A DNA stretch of 64,000 bases. It comes from Octopus vulgaris. Its lineage: Eukaryota. The translations under genes were made by a program, and so were the position numbers. A model generated the notes under the pieces. The model saw only the letters and a list, made by a program, of their open reading frames with translations. It searched no databases and had not been told where the DNA came from. Position 1 is the stretch's first letter; each line of letters opens with the position of its first letter. Below are positions 38,080 to 51,409 of this stretch, piece after piece. The DNA lies in assembly GCA_951406725.2 (NCBI GenBank), contig OX597820.1, positions 108,872,001-108,936,000 of the forward strand. The letters are read 5' to 3'.

Positions 38080-38978
38080 ATCATCATCATCATCGTTTAA
38101 TGTCCACTTTCCATGCTAGCATGGGTTGGACGCTTTGAGTGAGGTCTCGCAAACCACATAGCTGAACCAGACTCCAATCTGATCTGGCAGAGTTTCTACA
38201 GCTGGATGCTCTTCCTAACGCCAAACATTCCAAGAGTGTAGTGGGTGCTTTTATGTGCCACCGGCATGAGGGCCAGTCAGGCAGTATTAACAAAGGCCAC
38301 GCTCAGAGGCTACTTTACATGTGTCACCTGCACAGGAACCAGTCCAGCGGCACTGGCAACGATCTCGCTTGAATGTTTTTTCATGTGCCACCAGCACAAG
38401 TGCCAGAAAAGTGACGCAGGTAATGATCACACTTGAATGGTGTTTTCTACGTGCCACTGGCACGGAGGCCAGCTTGTTGCTCTGACAATGATTACGCTCA
38501 TATGGCACTCTTAGCGCTCCATTAGAACGGATGTCACTCATTGAATTTGATTTCGATTTCGATTTCACTTGCCTCAACAGGTCTTCGGAAGCAGAGTTTA
38601 GTCTCCAATAAAGGAAAGGTACGCATAAGTGGACTGGTTACACCCCTGGCATAGGCCACAAGGTTATGGTCTCATTTGAGCTTGCCGAGTCTTCTCAGGC
38701 ACAGCATATTTCCAGAGGTCCCGGTCACTAGTCATTGCCTCGGTGAGGCCCAATGTTCGAAGGTCATGCTGCACTACCTCATCCCAGGTCTTCCTGGGTC
38801 TACCTCTTCCACAGGTTCGCTCAACCGCAAGGGTGTGGCACTTTTTCAATCAGCTATCCACATCCATTCTCACCATATGGCCATACCAGCACAGTTGTCT
38901 CTCTTACACACCACATCTGATGCTTCTTAGGTCCAACTTTTCTCTCAAGGTACTAACACTCTGTTGACTATGCACACC
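38080..38978 (-). mobile_element. RTE LINE 3' end
   Basis: (ATC)n tail at 38080; minus ORF CGRGRPRKTWDEVVQHDLRTLGL. Confidence 0.93.
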
Positions 38979-39035
38979 ATATATATATATATGTATATAT
39001 GTATGTATATGTATATATGTATATACATGTATGTG

Positions 39036-40387
39036 TATCATAGTCCTCCAAGCAATAACGGAGGAATTCAAGACAGGATGCCCTTGGGAGCTCCTCTATG
39101 CTGATGACCTTGCCTTAATTACTGAATCACTATCAGAACTGGAGGAGAGGTTTCAGGTGTGGAAGCAAGGATTAAAATCGAAGGGCCTTAGAGTCAACCT
39201 AGCTAAAACCAAAGTTCTAATAAGTAGGAAGGTAGACAAATCACAAACACCTTCGGGTAGATGGCCCTGCTCGATCTGTAGAAAAGGCGTAGGTAGAAAC
39301 TCTATAAGATGCACCAAGTGTAAGCTATGGACACATAAGAGGTGCAGCAATGTCAAAGGAAGGCTAACTAGGAAGATAGCGTTTGTATGTGGCAGATGCT
39401 CAGGAGCAATAAACACTGAAAATACACAGAGACCATCTTCCACAACATTCCAGGGAGAAAAACTAGAAATAGTTGATAGCTTCCGTTACCTAGATAACCA
39501 AATCAGTAGCGGGGGCGGGTGTGCTGGAAGTGTAACTGCTAGAGTAAGAATAGCCTGGGCAAAGTTCAGAGAGTTCTTACCTCTGCTGGTGACAAAAGGC
39601 CTCTCACTCAGAGTAAAAGGCAGATTGTATGATGCAAGTGTACGAACAGCTATGCTACATGGCAGTGAAATATGGGCCGTGACTGCTGAGGATATGCGTA
39701 AGCTCGCAAGAAATGAAGCCAGTATGCTCCGATGGATGTGTAACGTTCATACTTGACAGAGTGTAAGTACCTTGAGAGAAATGTTGGACCTAAGAAGCAT
39801 CAGTTGTGGTGTGCAAGAGAGACGATTGCGCTGGTATGGTCATGTGGCGAGAATGGATGAAGATAGGTGTGTGAGAAAGTGCCAATCCCTAGCAGTTGAG
39901 GGAACCCATGGAAGAGGTAGACCCAGGAAAACCTGGGACGAGGTGGTGGAGCACGACCTTATGCATTCCTTTTCTTTTTGGGACACAAAACTCTACTTGT
40001 GAAGACCTGTTGAGGCAAGTGAAACTCAAAATCGTAATCGATCAACATCAATGGAATTTGTAGCTGTGATACCAGTGCCGGTGGCATGTAAGAGAACCAT
40101 CCGAACTGGCCGTAACCAGCGCCGCCCTGGCTGGCCTCTGTGCCGGTGGCACGTAAAGAGCACCATCCGATTGTGGCCGTTGCCAGCCTCATCTGGTTTC
40201 CGTGCCGGTGGCACGTAAAAAGCTCCCACTACACTCACAGAGTAGTTGGCGTTAGGAAGGGCATCCAGCTGTAGAAACACTGCCAGATCAGACTGGGCCA
40301 GGTGTAGCCTTCTGGCTTCCCCAACCCCAGTTGAACCGTCCAACCCATGCTAGCATGGAAAGCAGATGTTAAACGATGATGATGATG
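39036..40387 (+). mobile_element. RTE LINE 3' portion
   Basis: ORF 39031-39756 ELLYADDLAL..PHD-like..FRYL; 3' UTR and (GAT)n tail. Confidence 0.95.
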
Positions 40388-40416
40388 TATGTATATGTAT
40401 ATATGTATGTATATAT

Positions 40417-40463
<47 letters not shown>

Positions 40464-40517
40464 TATAAGTATATGTATATATATGTATGTATATATATAT
40501 ATGCATATAAGTATATG

Positions 40518-40555
<38 letters not shown>

Positions 40556-40597
40556 TATATATGTGTATGTATATATATATATGCATATAAGTATATG

Positions 40598-40635
<38 letters not shown>

Positions 40636-40679
40636 TATGTGTGTGTATATGTATGTATATATATATATATGTATATATA

Positions 40680-41959
40680 TCATCATCATCATCATTTAGC
40701 GTCCGTTTTCCATGCTAGCATGGGTTGGACGGTTCAACTGGTGTCTGTGAAGCTGGAAGGCTTCGTCAGGCCCAGTCAGATCTGGCAGTGTTTCTACGGC
40801 TGGATGTCCTTCGTAATGCCAACCACTCCGTGAGTGTAGTGGGTGCTTTTTACGTGTAACCTGCACGGGGGCCAGGCGAGGCTGGCAACGGACATGAACG
40901 GATGGTGCTTTTACGTGCCACCGACACGGAAGCTAGACGGGGCGGTGCCGGCAACGACCACGATCGGATGGTTCGCTTAACCACAGCTGTAATTCGCACT
41001 GATGCTGATCAACCTCAATTTGGTTCTGCTCTCTGATATATGAATTGATTTGGTTTGATTTTGATTTTGACTGTTCTCACTGGTCTTGTCGGGTTTTCTC
41101 ACGCACAGCATACTTCCAAAGGTCTCGGTCTCTGGTCATTTCTTTGGTGAGACCTAAAGTTCGAAGGTCGTGCTTCACCACCTCGACCCAGGTTTTCCTG
41201 GGTCTACCTCTTCCACAAGTCCCCTTAACTGCCAGGGTGTGGCACTTTCACACACAACTATCTTCAGCCATTCTCATCACATGACCATACCAGCGCAAAC
41301 GTCTCTCTTGCACACAACTGATGCTTCTTAGGTTCAACTTTTCTCTCAAGGTACTTACACTCTGTCGATTATGAACACTGACGTTACACATCCATCGGAG
41401 CATACTAACTTCATTTCTTGCGAGCTTACGCAAATCCTCAGCAGTCACGGCCCATATTTCACTGCCATGTAGCATGGCTGTACGTACACATGCATCATAC
41501 AGTCTGCCTTTTACTTTGAGCGAGAGGCCTTTTGTCACCAGCAGGGGTAAGAGCTCTCTAAACTTTGCCCAGGCTATTCTTACTCTAGCAAATACACTTT
41601 CAGCACACCCGCCCCCGCTACTGACTTGGTCACCTAGGTAGTGGAAGCTATCAACTACTTCTAGTTTTTCTCCCTGGAACGTGGTAGAAGTTGGTCTCTG
41701 CATATTTTCAGAGTTCATTGCTCCTGAGCATCTGCCACAGATAAAAACTATTTTCCTAGTAAGTCTTCCTTTGACATTATTACATCTCTTATGTGTCCAT
41801 AGCTTACATTTGGTGCATCTTATAGAGTTTCTACTTACACCTTTTTTACAGATTGAGCAGGGCCATCTACCTGAAGGCGTTTGTGATTGGTCTACCTTCC
41901 TACTTATTAGGACTTTGGTTTTAGCTAGGTTGATTTTAAGGCCCCTCGATTCTAAACCT
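40680..41959 (-). mobile_element. RTE LINE 3' portion
   Basis: Minus ORF 41248-41718 FHYLGDQV..MLHGSEIW; (ATC)n tail at 40680. Confidence 0.95.
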
Positions 41960-41964
41960 ATATG

Positions 41965-42013
<49 letters not shown>

Positions 42014-42015
42014 GA

Positions 42016-42049
<34 letters not shown>

Positions 42050-42188
42050 GTATATATATATATGAGTATATATATGTATATTATATTAAATTAGAGACAA
42101 AACCACTATTATGCAAATCAAACAAAGAAAGACTTAAGCCAATACATAAAATAATTTATATAAATTTAGAAATTTAACAATTATAAAT

Positions 42189-42247
42189 AACCACTACGAT
42201 TGTTTCATGTCTTATTTCAGCATCTTTGAGATATTCTTCAGGTGGTT
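42189..42247 (-). ncRNA. Minimal type-I hammerhead in a PLE pLTR-like remnant (~42081-43240)
   Basis: AACCAC-CTGAAGA-ATATCT...AGACAT-GAAA-CAATCG-TA-GTGGTT; 6-bp stem I; flank TTAGAGACAAAACCACTATT recurs at 46931. Confidence 0.75.
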
Positions 42248-42286
42248 TCAAAACCTAAAATATAATCAATATTTTTATGATATAAA

Positions 42287-42671
42287 TCTCTCTCTATATA
42301 AACGGCAGTTTGTCTGTGCGTGTTTCTGTGTGTCTGTTTGCTTGTACCCTCACTCTGACCACAGCTTTCAACCGATTCTGATGAAACTTGACACACACAT
42401 AGCCCAATGTCATAATTCAAAACTAACGCAGCGAAAATTTTGAAAAGTTCCCCCAGTTCTGAAAAAAATCGATAAATTCGACATGGGGTCGAGAATCAGA
42501 AACACATACCACAAACTGTCTAGGGGAGGCAACTCCACCTTTTTTAAATCTCAAAAAAAAATTTACCATAATTTTTTTCCATTTTTTTGCTATTTTTTGG
42601 CTATAACTCTCTAAAAATGCTTTATAGTTATTTCCCTTACAAACCTGAGCAACGCCGGGCGATACTGCTAG
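42287..42671 (+). mobile_element. Complete non-autonomous Helitron-like element
   Basis: a|TC 5' end, AACCGATTCTGATGAAACTTG core, subterminal CCTGAGCAACGCCGGG hairpin, CTAG|t 3' end, no TSD. Confidence 0.8.
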
Positions 42672-43284
42672 TAATCTATATAATCTAAATAAAAATTTAC
42701 TTATAATAAACTCTATTATTAAATATGATTATATCGAAATCGACTATAATGTTAAATATTAACTTTAATTTATAAGGTAGAAATCCATATTCTAATATCC
42801 ATTTTAATCTATATTTACTTAAATAGATATTATATTGCAGCCCTATACTTCTACTCATTAGTTATGCATACTCGCACACACACACATACAATCACTCATT
42901 CATAAACATATACTCTCAGCAATACACTAACACAGAGGAGAAATAACATCCAGTAACCGCAGATACTCAACCACATACTTATAGAAATATTTATTCTTAG
43001 TAAAATAATATTAAATAAATACTATATACTATATGTATGTAATAAACATATATAAATACGTAAACAAACACACACATATATATATATAACTATACATACA
43101 CAAATACATATAGACACGGATATTTTATAATGCAGCCCTATATTTCTACACATTAATTATGCATACTCGCACACACACACATACAACCACTCAATCATTA
43201 ACGTATGCACGCTGCAAGACACTAAATCTGATTTTTCCCTGTAAATTTGGATTTATTCCCTAATATTTATTTTTGTATATATGC

Positions 43285-43319
<35 letters not shown>

Positions 43320-43344
43320 TATATGCATATATATATATATATGT

Positions 43345-43385
<41 letters not shown>

Positions 43386-43560
43386 TATGTATATATATAT
43401 ATGTATGTATATATATATATGTATATATGTATATATATGTATATATATATGTATATATATATGTATATATATGTATATATATATATATATGTATGTATAT
43501 ATATGTATATATATATATATATGTATATATATATGTATATATATATATATATGTATATAT

Positions 43561-44052
43561 ATCATCATCATCATTTTTCATTTAGCGTCCGCTTTCCATG
43601 CTAGCATGGGTTGGACGGGTCAACTGGGGTCTGTGAAGCTGGAAGGCTTCGTCAGGCCCAGTCAGATCTGGCAGTGTTTCTACGGCTGGATGCCCTTCCT
43701 AACGGCAACCACTCCGCGAGTGTAGTGGGTGTTTTTTACGTGCCACCTGCACAGGTGCCAGACAGAGCTGGTGAATGGCCACGAACGGATGGTGCTTTTA
43801 CGTGTCACCGGCACGGGGCCAGGCGACGCTGGCAACGGACACGAACGGATGGTGCTTTTACGTGCCACCGACACGGGGCCAGACAGAGCTGGCAAACGGC
43901 CACGAACGGACGGTGCTTTTACATGTCACCGGCATGGGGGCCAGCTGATGTATATATATATATATGTATATATATATATGTATATATATGTATATGTATA
44001 TATATGTATATATATGTGTATATATATATATGTATATATATGTATATGTATA

Positions 44053-44097
<45 letters not shown>

Positions 44098-44246
44098 GTA
44101 TATAGGCGTTAGGAAGGGCATCCAGCTGTAGAAACATTGCCAGATAAGACTGGAGCCTGGTGCAGCCTTCTGGCTTCCCAGATCCCCGGTTGAACCGTCC
44201 AACCCATGCTAGCATGGAGAATGGACGTTAAACGATGATGATGATA
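43561..44246. mobile_element. Two RTE 3'-UTR fragments (43561-43945 minus; 44104-44246 plus) around a TA microsatellite
   Basis: GGCGTTAGGAAGGGCATCCAGC, CCAACCCATGCTAGCATGG and (GAT)n in both orientations. Confidence 0.88.
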
Positions 44247-44277
44247 TGTATATATATGTATATATATATACATACAT

Positions 44278-45637
44278 ATACTAAGTAATTAAGGGTTTAG
44301 CAACGAATTGCCTCACCAACACACCGAATTTAGAAATAGCAGTCAAAGAGATATAGCTATTCCTTCTACTAAAAGGGGATCTCAGTAAAAACACAGCACT
44401 TAAAAGGCAAACACAGACAGGTAAGAAAGAAAGAATGAAATGACGGCAATCCATCATGCAATTTTAAGTTACCTACGGACGTACGTTTCGAGATCAAGTT
44501 TTAGGATATCATAAGAATTAGAAAATTCTACTTTACCCAGACTTCTTCTCTCATCGGCGCAGGATACTACAATTGTGAATAATTGTATATTAAATTTTGA
44601 GATACTAGAATGCGTCATCTCAACTCAGTGTCAGAGCGAGCCAAAGCATGACCAGTACCACGAAATTCAAAGTTTGAATGAAAGTTTGTGTCACCAGCCC
44701 CCTTCCACCCGCGTGTAGCCAAGACAAAATGCTGTGGTCATTAACTGTAGGTAACTTAAAATTGCATGATGGATTGCCGTCATTTCATTCTTTCTTTCTT
44801 ACCTGTCTGTGTTTGCCTTTTAAGTGCTGTGTTTTTACTGAGATCCCCCTTTTAGTAGAAGGAATAGCTATATCTCTTTGACTGCTATTTCTAAATTCGG
44901 TGTGTTGGTGAGGCAATTCGTTGCTAAACCCTTAATTACTTAGTATTACTTAAATTTTCCTCGAATGGGGCTTTTACATACCGAAATCTACTTGGTGTAA
45001 TTGATAATTATCCCTAATTAATTAATTTCACCCTTTTATTATTACTGATAACCATATTTTATCCCAGTAAATGACCACAGCATTTTGTCTTGGCTACACG
45101 CGGGTGGAAGGGGGCTGGTGACACAAACTTTCATTCAAACTTTGAATTTCGTGGTACTGGTCATGCTTTGGCTCGCTCTGACACTGAGTTGAGATGACGC
45201 ATTCTAGTATCTCAAAATGTAATACACAATTATTCACAATTGTAGTATCCTGCGCCGATGAGAGAAGAAGTCTGGGTAAAGTAGAATTTTCTAATTCTTA
45301 TGATATCCTAAAACTTGATCTCGAAACGTACGTCCGTAGGTAACTTAAAATTGCATGATGGATTGCCGTCATTTCATTCTTTCTTTCTTACCTGTCTGTG
45401 TTTGCCTTTTAAGTGCTGTGTTTTTACTGAGATCCCCCTTTTAGTAGAAGGAATAGCTATATCTCTTTGACTGCTATTTCTAAATTCGGTGTGTTGGTGA
45501 GGCAATTCGTTGCTAAACCCTTAATTACTTAGTATTACTTAAATTTTCCTCGAATGGGGCTTTTACATACCGAAATCTACTTGGTGTAATTGATAATTAT
45601 CCCTAATTAATTAATTTCACCCTTTTATTATTACTGA
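44278..45637 (+). mobile_element. Young non-coding PLE-type / retrozyme-like mini-element: inverted copy plus tandem direct repeats
   Basis: 44278-44746 is the reverse complement of ~45066-45535; 44747-45048 equals 45336-45637; HHR at 45249-45340 (+) and 44472-44563 (-). Confidence 0.82.
45249..45340 (+). ncRNA. Minimal type-I hammerhead with U4C core variant
   Basis: CCTGCG-CCGATGA-GAGA...TCTC-GAAA-CGTACG-TC-CGTAGG; palindromic stem III, GUC site; identical inverted copy at 44472-44563. Confidence 0.78.
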
Positions 45638-45817
45638 TATACATACATATATATATATACATATATATATACATATATATATATATATACATATATATAC
45701 ATATATATATATACATATATATACATATATATATACATATATATATATATACATATATATATATACATATATATATATACATACATATATATATATGCAT
45801 ACATACATATATATATA

Positions 45818-45855
<38 letters not shown>

Positions 45856-45856
<1 letters not shown>

Positions 45857-46101
45857 TTTATTTTAAGCAGCAGAAAATTCCACAAAATCTGTTACTCTGA
45901 GTTTCTCGTTGCCGTTCATCAGACAGTTTTTGCTAGAAAAAACTTTTTTCTAGCAAAAACTGTCTGATGAACGGCAACGAGAAACTCAGAGTAACAGATT
46001 TTGTTGAATTTTCTACTGCTTAAAATAAAGCATATTACTCTACCACTGGTATTTGAGTACTCTTTTTTCCACCTTGTTTCACATTTATGTGTTTACTCCG
46101 G
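45856..46101 (+). mobile_element. Palindromic mini-element with two back-to-back 38-nt hammerheads
   Basis: Arms 45856-45942 / 45944-46030; CTGT-CTGATGA-ACGGCAACGA-GAAA-CTCAGAG-TA-ACAG at 45960-45997 (+) and 45889-45926 (-). Confidence 0.78.
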
Positions 46102-46922
<821 letters not shown>

Positions 46923-46985
46923 AATATTAATTAGAGACAAAACCACTATTTTGCAAATCAAATAAGGAAAGACTTAATCAATACA

Positions 46986-49900
46986 ACACAGGTACAAGAT
47001 TTTCTGGGCAGGGAACACTGACGGGGTCGGGGGCGTGGGTATACTTCTTGCAGAGAAATGGGTGGGTAAGGTAATCGAGGTAGTCAGAGTAAGTGACAGA
47101 GTAATTAAAATTAGATTAGTCCTTCACCACAGGACAGCTACCATCATCTCGGCATATGCCCCTCAACCAGGACTACCAGAAGGACAAAAAGACCAATTCT
47201 ATGACACCCTATTGCGGACTACCTCGTTGACAAATGACAGTGACCTTCTCTTCGTGGCAGGTGATTTCAATGGACATGTCGGACGGCATGTCGGGGGCTT
47301 CCATGGCGTCCATGGAGGCTATGGTTTTGGCTCTCGAAATGAGGAGGGAACCAGGCTGCTGGAGTTCTGCGATGCAAATGACCTTATGGTCTGCAATACC
47401 AACTTCAGGAAACCCACCTCTCACCTAGTCACCTACCGTTCTGGCAGACACACCAGCCAGATTGACTACATCCTTGCCAGAAAAAGGGAAAGAGGGCTGA
47501 TTATAAATGCCAAAACCTTTCCAGGCGAAGAATGTACTCCTCAACATAGATTAGTAGTTAGCGACTTCAGGATCAGAGCTAAATGGTTGCCCAGAAGAAG
47601 ACCAGCTTGGAGGAGAAGGGTCTGGAAGCTTAAAGATCCTGCAAATGGACAGAGATTTAGAGACATACTACTCGACGCCTTTGACGAAATAGAAGGGGAT
47701 ATAGCTTCACTTAATGTGGAAGACAACTGGAGATTTCTACGGGACAATCTGCTGACAGCCACTGACCAGATCTGTGGATGGAGCAAGTACCATCTCGACC
47801 CAGAGTAACATGGTGGTGGAACACTGTGGTTGACAGGGCTATTAGACAAAGGAGACAGGCTTGGAAGGACTGGAAGAACAGTGGTAGCAGGGAATTGTAT
47901 CAGACAGCCAGAAGGGAAGCTAGGAGACAGGTTTATTTAGCCAGAGGGGAAGCCGATAAGAAAAAATTTGCCAATGTTCTTCGCCGTGAGGATGAAAGAC
48001 TTGAGGTATTTCATGTTGCAAGACAGTGTGTGAGAGAGAATCGTGATGTGGTAGGAGAGAAGTGTGTTCGCATGGATGATGGTTCACTTGCGCTAAATGA
48101 GGATGCAAAGAGAGAGGTTTGGAGATGCCACTATGAAAGGTTGCTGAATAAAGAAAATGAATGGGATAAAGAGAGTCTGCCGAATGTTGACCCAACAGAG
48201 GGACCAGCTATCCGAGTTGATAGTTCCGTGGTAGCTAAGGCAATTAGAAGCATGAAGACAGGGAAAGCCCCAGGCCCATCAGGAATTACTGCAGAGATGC
48301 TCAAAATATCTCGTAGTGTCGGCTATAACCTAGTCACCCGTATAGTCAACCAGGTGATACACGAAGGAGTCATACCCAATGACTGGTGTAGCAGCATACT
48401 AGTCAACTGCTACAAAGGTAAAGGTGATGCCCTAGATACAAATAATTACAGAGGTATCAAGCTGTTGGATCAGGTGATGAAGGTTACGGAGAGGGTCATA
48501 GCCCAACTAATTAGAGAGAGAGTTAGTTTAGATGAGATGCAGTTTGGGTTCGTGCCAGGGAAAAGCACCACTGATGCTATATTCCTGGTAAGGCAGCTGC
48601 AGGAGAAATTCCTAGCCAAAGATAAGCCCCTGTACCTTGCTTTCGTTGACATGGAGAAAGCCTTTGATAGGGTCCCCCGATCCCTCATCTGGTGGTCAAT
48701 GAGGAAACTAGGAATAGATGAATGGCTGGTGAGGGCTGTGCAAGCCATGTACAGAGATGCCGTAAGTAAGGTTAGGGTTGGCAATATGTACACAGAGAAA
48801 TTCAAAGTAGAGGTTGGGGTCTACCAGGGTTCAGTACTCAGCCCCCTCCTGTTTATCATAGTCCTCCAGGCAATTGTGGAGGAATTCAAGACAGGTTGCC
48901 CCTGGGAGCTCCTCTATGCTGACGACCTCGCTCTAATTGCTGAGTCACTATCAGAACTGGAGGAGAAGTTCCAGATGTGGAAGGAGGGTTTAGAATCGAG
49001 GGGCCTTAGAGTCAACCTAGCTAAAACCAAAGTACTTATAAGTAGAAAGGTAGACAATCCACAAATGTCCTCAGGAAGATGGCCCTGCTCGATCTGTAGA
49101 AAAGGTGTAGGTAGAAACTCTATAAGATGTACCCAGTGTAAGCTATGGACTCATAAGAGGTGCAGCAATGTCAAAGGTAGGCTAACTGGGAAGATAGTTT
49201 TTGTATGTGGCAGATGCTCGGGAGCATTGACCTCTGAAGATCTGCAGAAAACAACTTCCGTCACTTTGCAAGGGGAAAAATTAGAAGTAGTTGATAGCTT
49301 CCGTTATCTAGGTGACCAAGTCAGTTGTGGGGGTGGGTGCGCTGAGAGTGTAACTGCTAGAATAGCCTGGGCAAAGTTTAGGGAGCTCTTACCTCTGCTG
49401 GCGACTAAAGGCCTCTCGCTCAGAGTAAAGGGCAGACTGTATGATGCATGTGTACGAACTGCCATGCTACATGGCAGTGAAACATGGGCCGTGACTGCTG
49501 AGGACATGCGTAAGCTCATGAGGAATGAAGCCAGTATGCTCCGATGGATGTGTAATGTCAGTGTACTTACTCGACAGAGCGTTAGTTCCTTGAGAGAAAT
49601 GTACCTAAGAAGCATCAGTTGTTGTGTGCAAGAGATACGATTGCGCTGGTATGGTCATATGGCGAGAATGGATGAAGATAGGTGTGTGAGAAAGTGCCAA
49701 TCCCTAGCAGTTGAGGGAACCCGTGGAAGAGGTAGACCCAGGAAAACCTGGGACGAGGTGGTGAAGCACGACCTTCGAACGTTGGGTCTCACCATGGAAA
49801 TGACTAGAGACCGAGACCTATGGAAGTATGCTGTGCGTGAGAAGACCCGGCAAGACTAGTGAAGTCATAACTCATGGCCCCTACCTGGGACGTAGTCAGT

Positions 49901-50336
49901 CCACCTGTGCATACCTTCCTGCTTGTGATACTTGTGAAGACCTGTTGAGGCAAGTGAAAGTGAAAATCAAATCAAATAGATGAACATCAATGGAATTTGT
50001 ATCCTTGTGGTACCAGTGCCGGTGGCACATAAAAAACACCATTCGAGCGTGACTGTCTGCCAGCCTCGTCTGGCACCTATGTCGGTGGCACATAAAAAAC
50101 ACCATTCGAGCGTGACCGTCTGCCAGCCTCGTCTGGCACCTGTGTCGGTGGCACATAAAATCACCCACTACACTCTCGGAGTGGTTGGCGTTAGGAAGGG
50201 CATCCAGCTGTAGAAACACTGCCAGATCTGACTGGCCTGGTGCAGCCTTCGGGCTTGCCAGACCCCAGTTGAACCGTCCAACCCATGCTAGCATGGAAAC
50301 CGGACGTTAAACGATGATGATGATGATGATGATGAT
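46986..50336 (+). mobile_element. Near-full-length RTE-clade LINE (5'-truncated within APE)
   Basis: APE and RT ORFs, 3' UTR with 63-bp repeats, (GAT)8 tail. Confidence 0.97.
47035..49859 (+). pseudogene. RTE ORF: AP endonuclease + reverse transcriptase with PHD-like insert; one frameshift near 47783
   Basis: APE: SAYAPQ, AGDFNGHVG, SQIDYIL, PQHRLVV; RT: NYRGIKLL, QFGF, AFVDMEKAFD, QGSVLSPLLF, YADD, FRYLG. Confidence 0.95.
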
Positions 50337-50362
50337 AAAAAAATTTAATATAAAGTAAATAA

Positions 50363-50394
<32 letters not shown>

Positions 50395-50445
50395 GTATAT
50401 ATATGTACATATATGTATATATATATATGTATATATATGTATATA

Positions 50446-50514
<69 letters not shown>

Positions 50515-50519
50515 GTATA

Positions 50520-50553
<34 letters not shown>

Positions 50554-50569
50554 CGTGAATATATATGTA

Positions 50570-50614
<45 letters not shown>

Positions 50615-50666
50615 GTATATATATGTATATATGTGTATATATATATATATATGTATATATATGTAT

Positions 50667-50708
<42 letters not shown>

Positions 50709-51409
50709 TTTATGTATATATGTATATATATGTGTATTTATATGTATATATATATGTATATATATGTGTATTTATATGTATATATATATGTATATATATG
50801 TATATATATATGTATATATATGTATATATATGTGTATATATATGTATATATATGTATATATATGTATATATATGTATATATATATGTATATATATATGTA
50901 TATATATATGTATATATATGTATATATATATGTATATATATGTATATTTATGTATATGTATATTTATGTATATGTGTATATGTATGTATATATATATGTA
51001 TATATATGTATATATATATGTATATATATATATGTATATATATATGTATATATATATATGTATATATATATATGTATATATATGTATATGTATATATATA
51101 TGTATATATATATATGTATATATATATGTATATATATATATATGTATATATATATGTATATATATATATGTATATGTATATATATATGTATATATATATA
51201 TGTATATATATATATATTATATATATATATATATGTATATATATATGTATATTTATGTATATATATATGTATATATATGTATATTTATGTATACGTATAT
51301 TTATGTATATGTATATTTATGTATATGTATGTATATGTATATTTATGTATGTATATATATATATATATAGGTAAACGTATGTATGTATATATATATATAT
51401 ATATATATA
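50363..51409. repeat. (TA)n/(TATG)n compound microsatellite
   Basis: Direct reading. Confidence 0.97.

Noticed and set aside
50016-50165. Hairpin repeat with variable spacers resembling a CRISPR array
   Set aside because: Spacers are homologous to one another, the array is within a LINE 3' UTR, the DNA is eukaryotic and no cas genes are present
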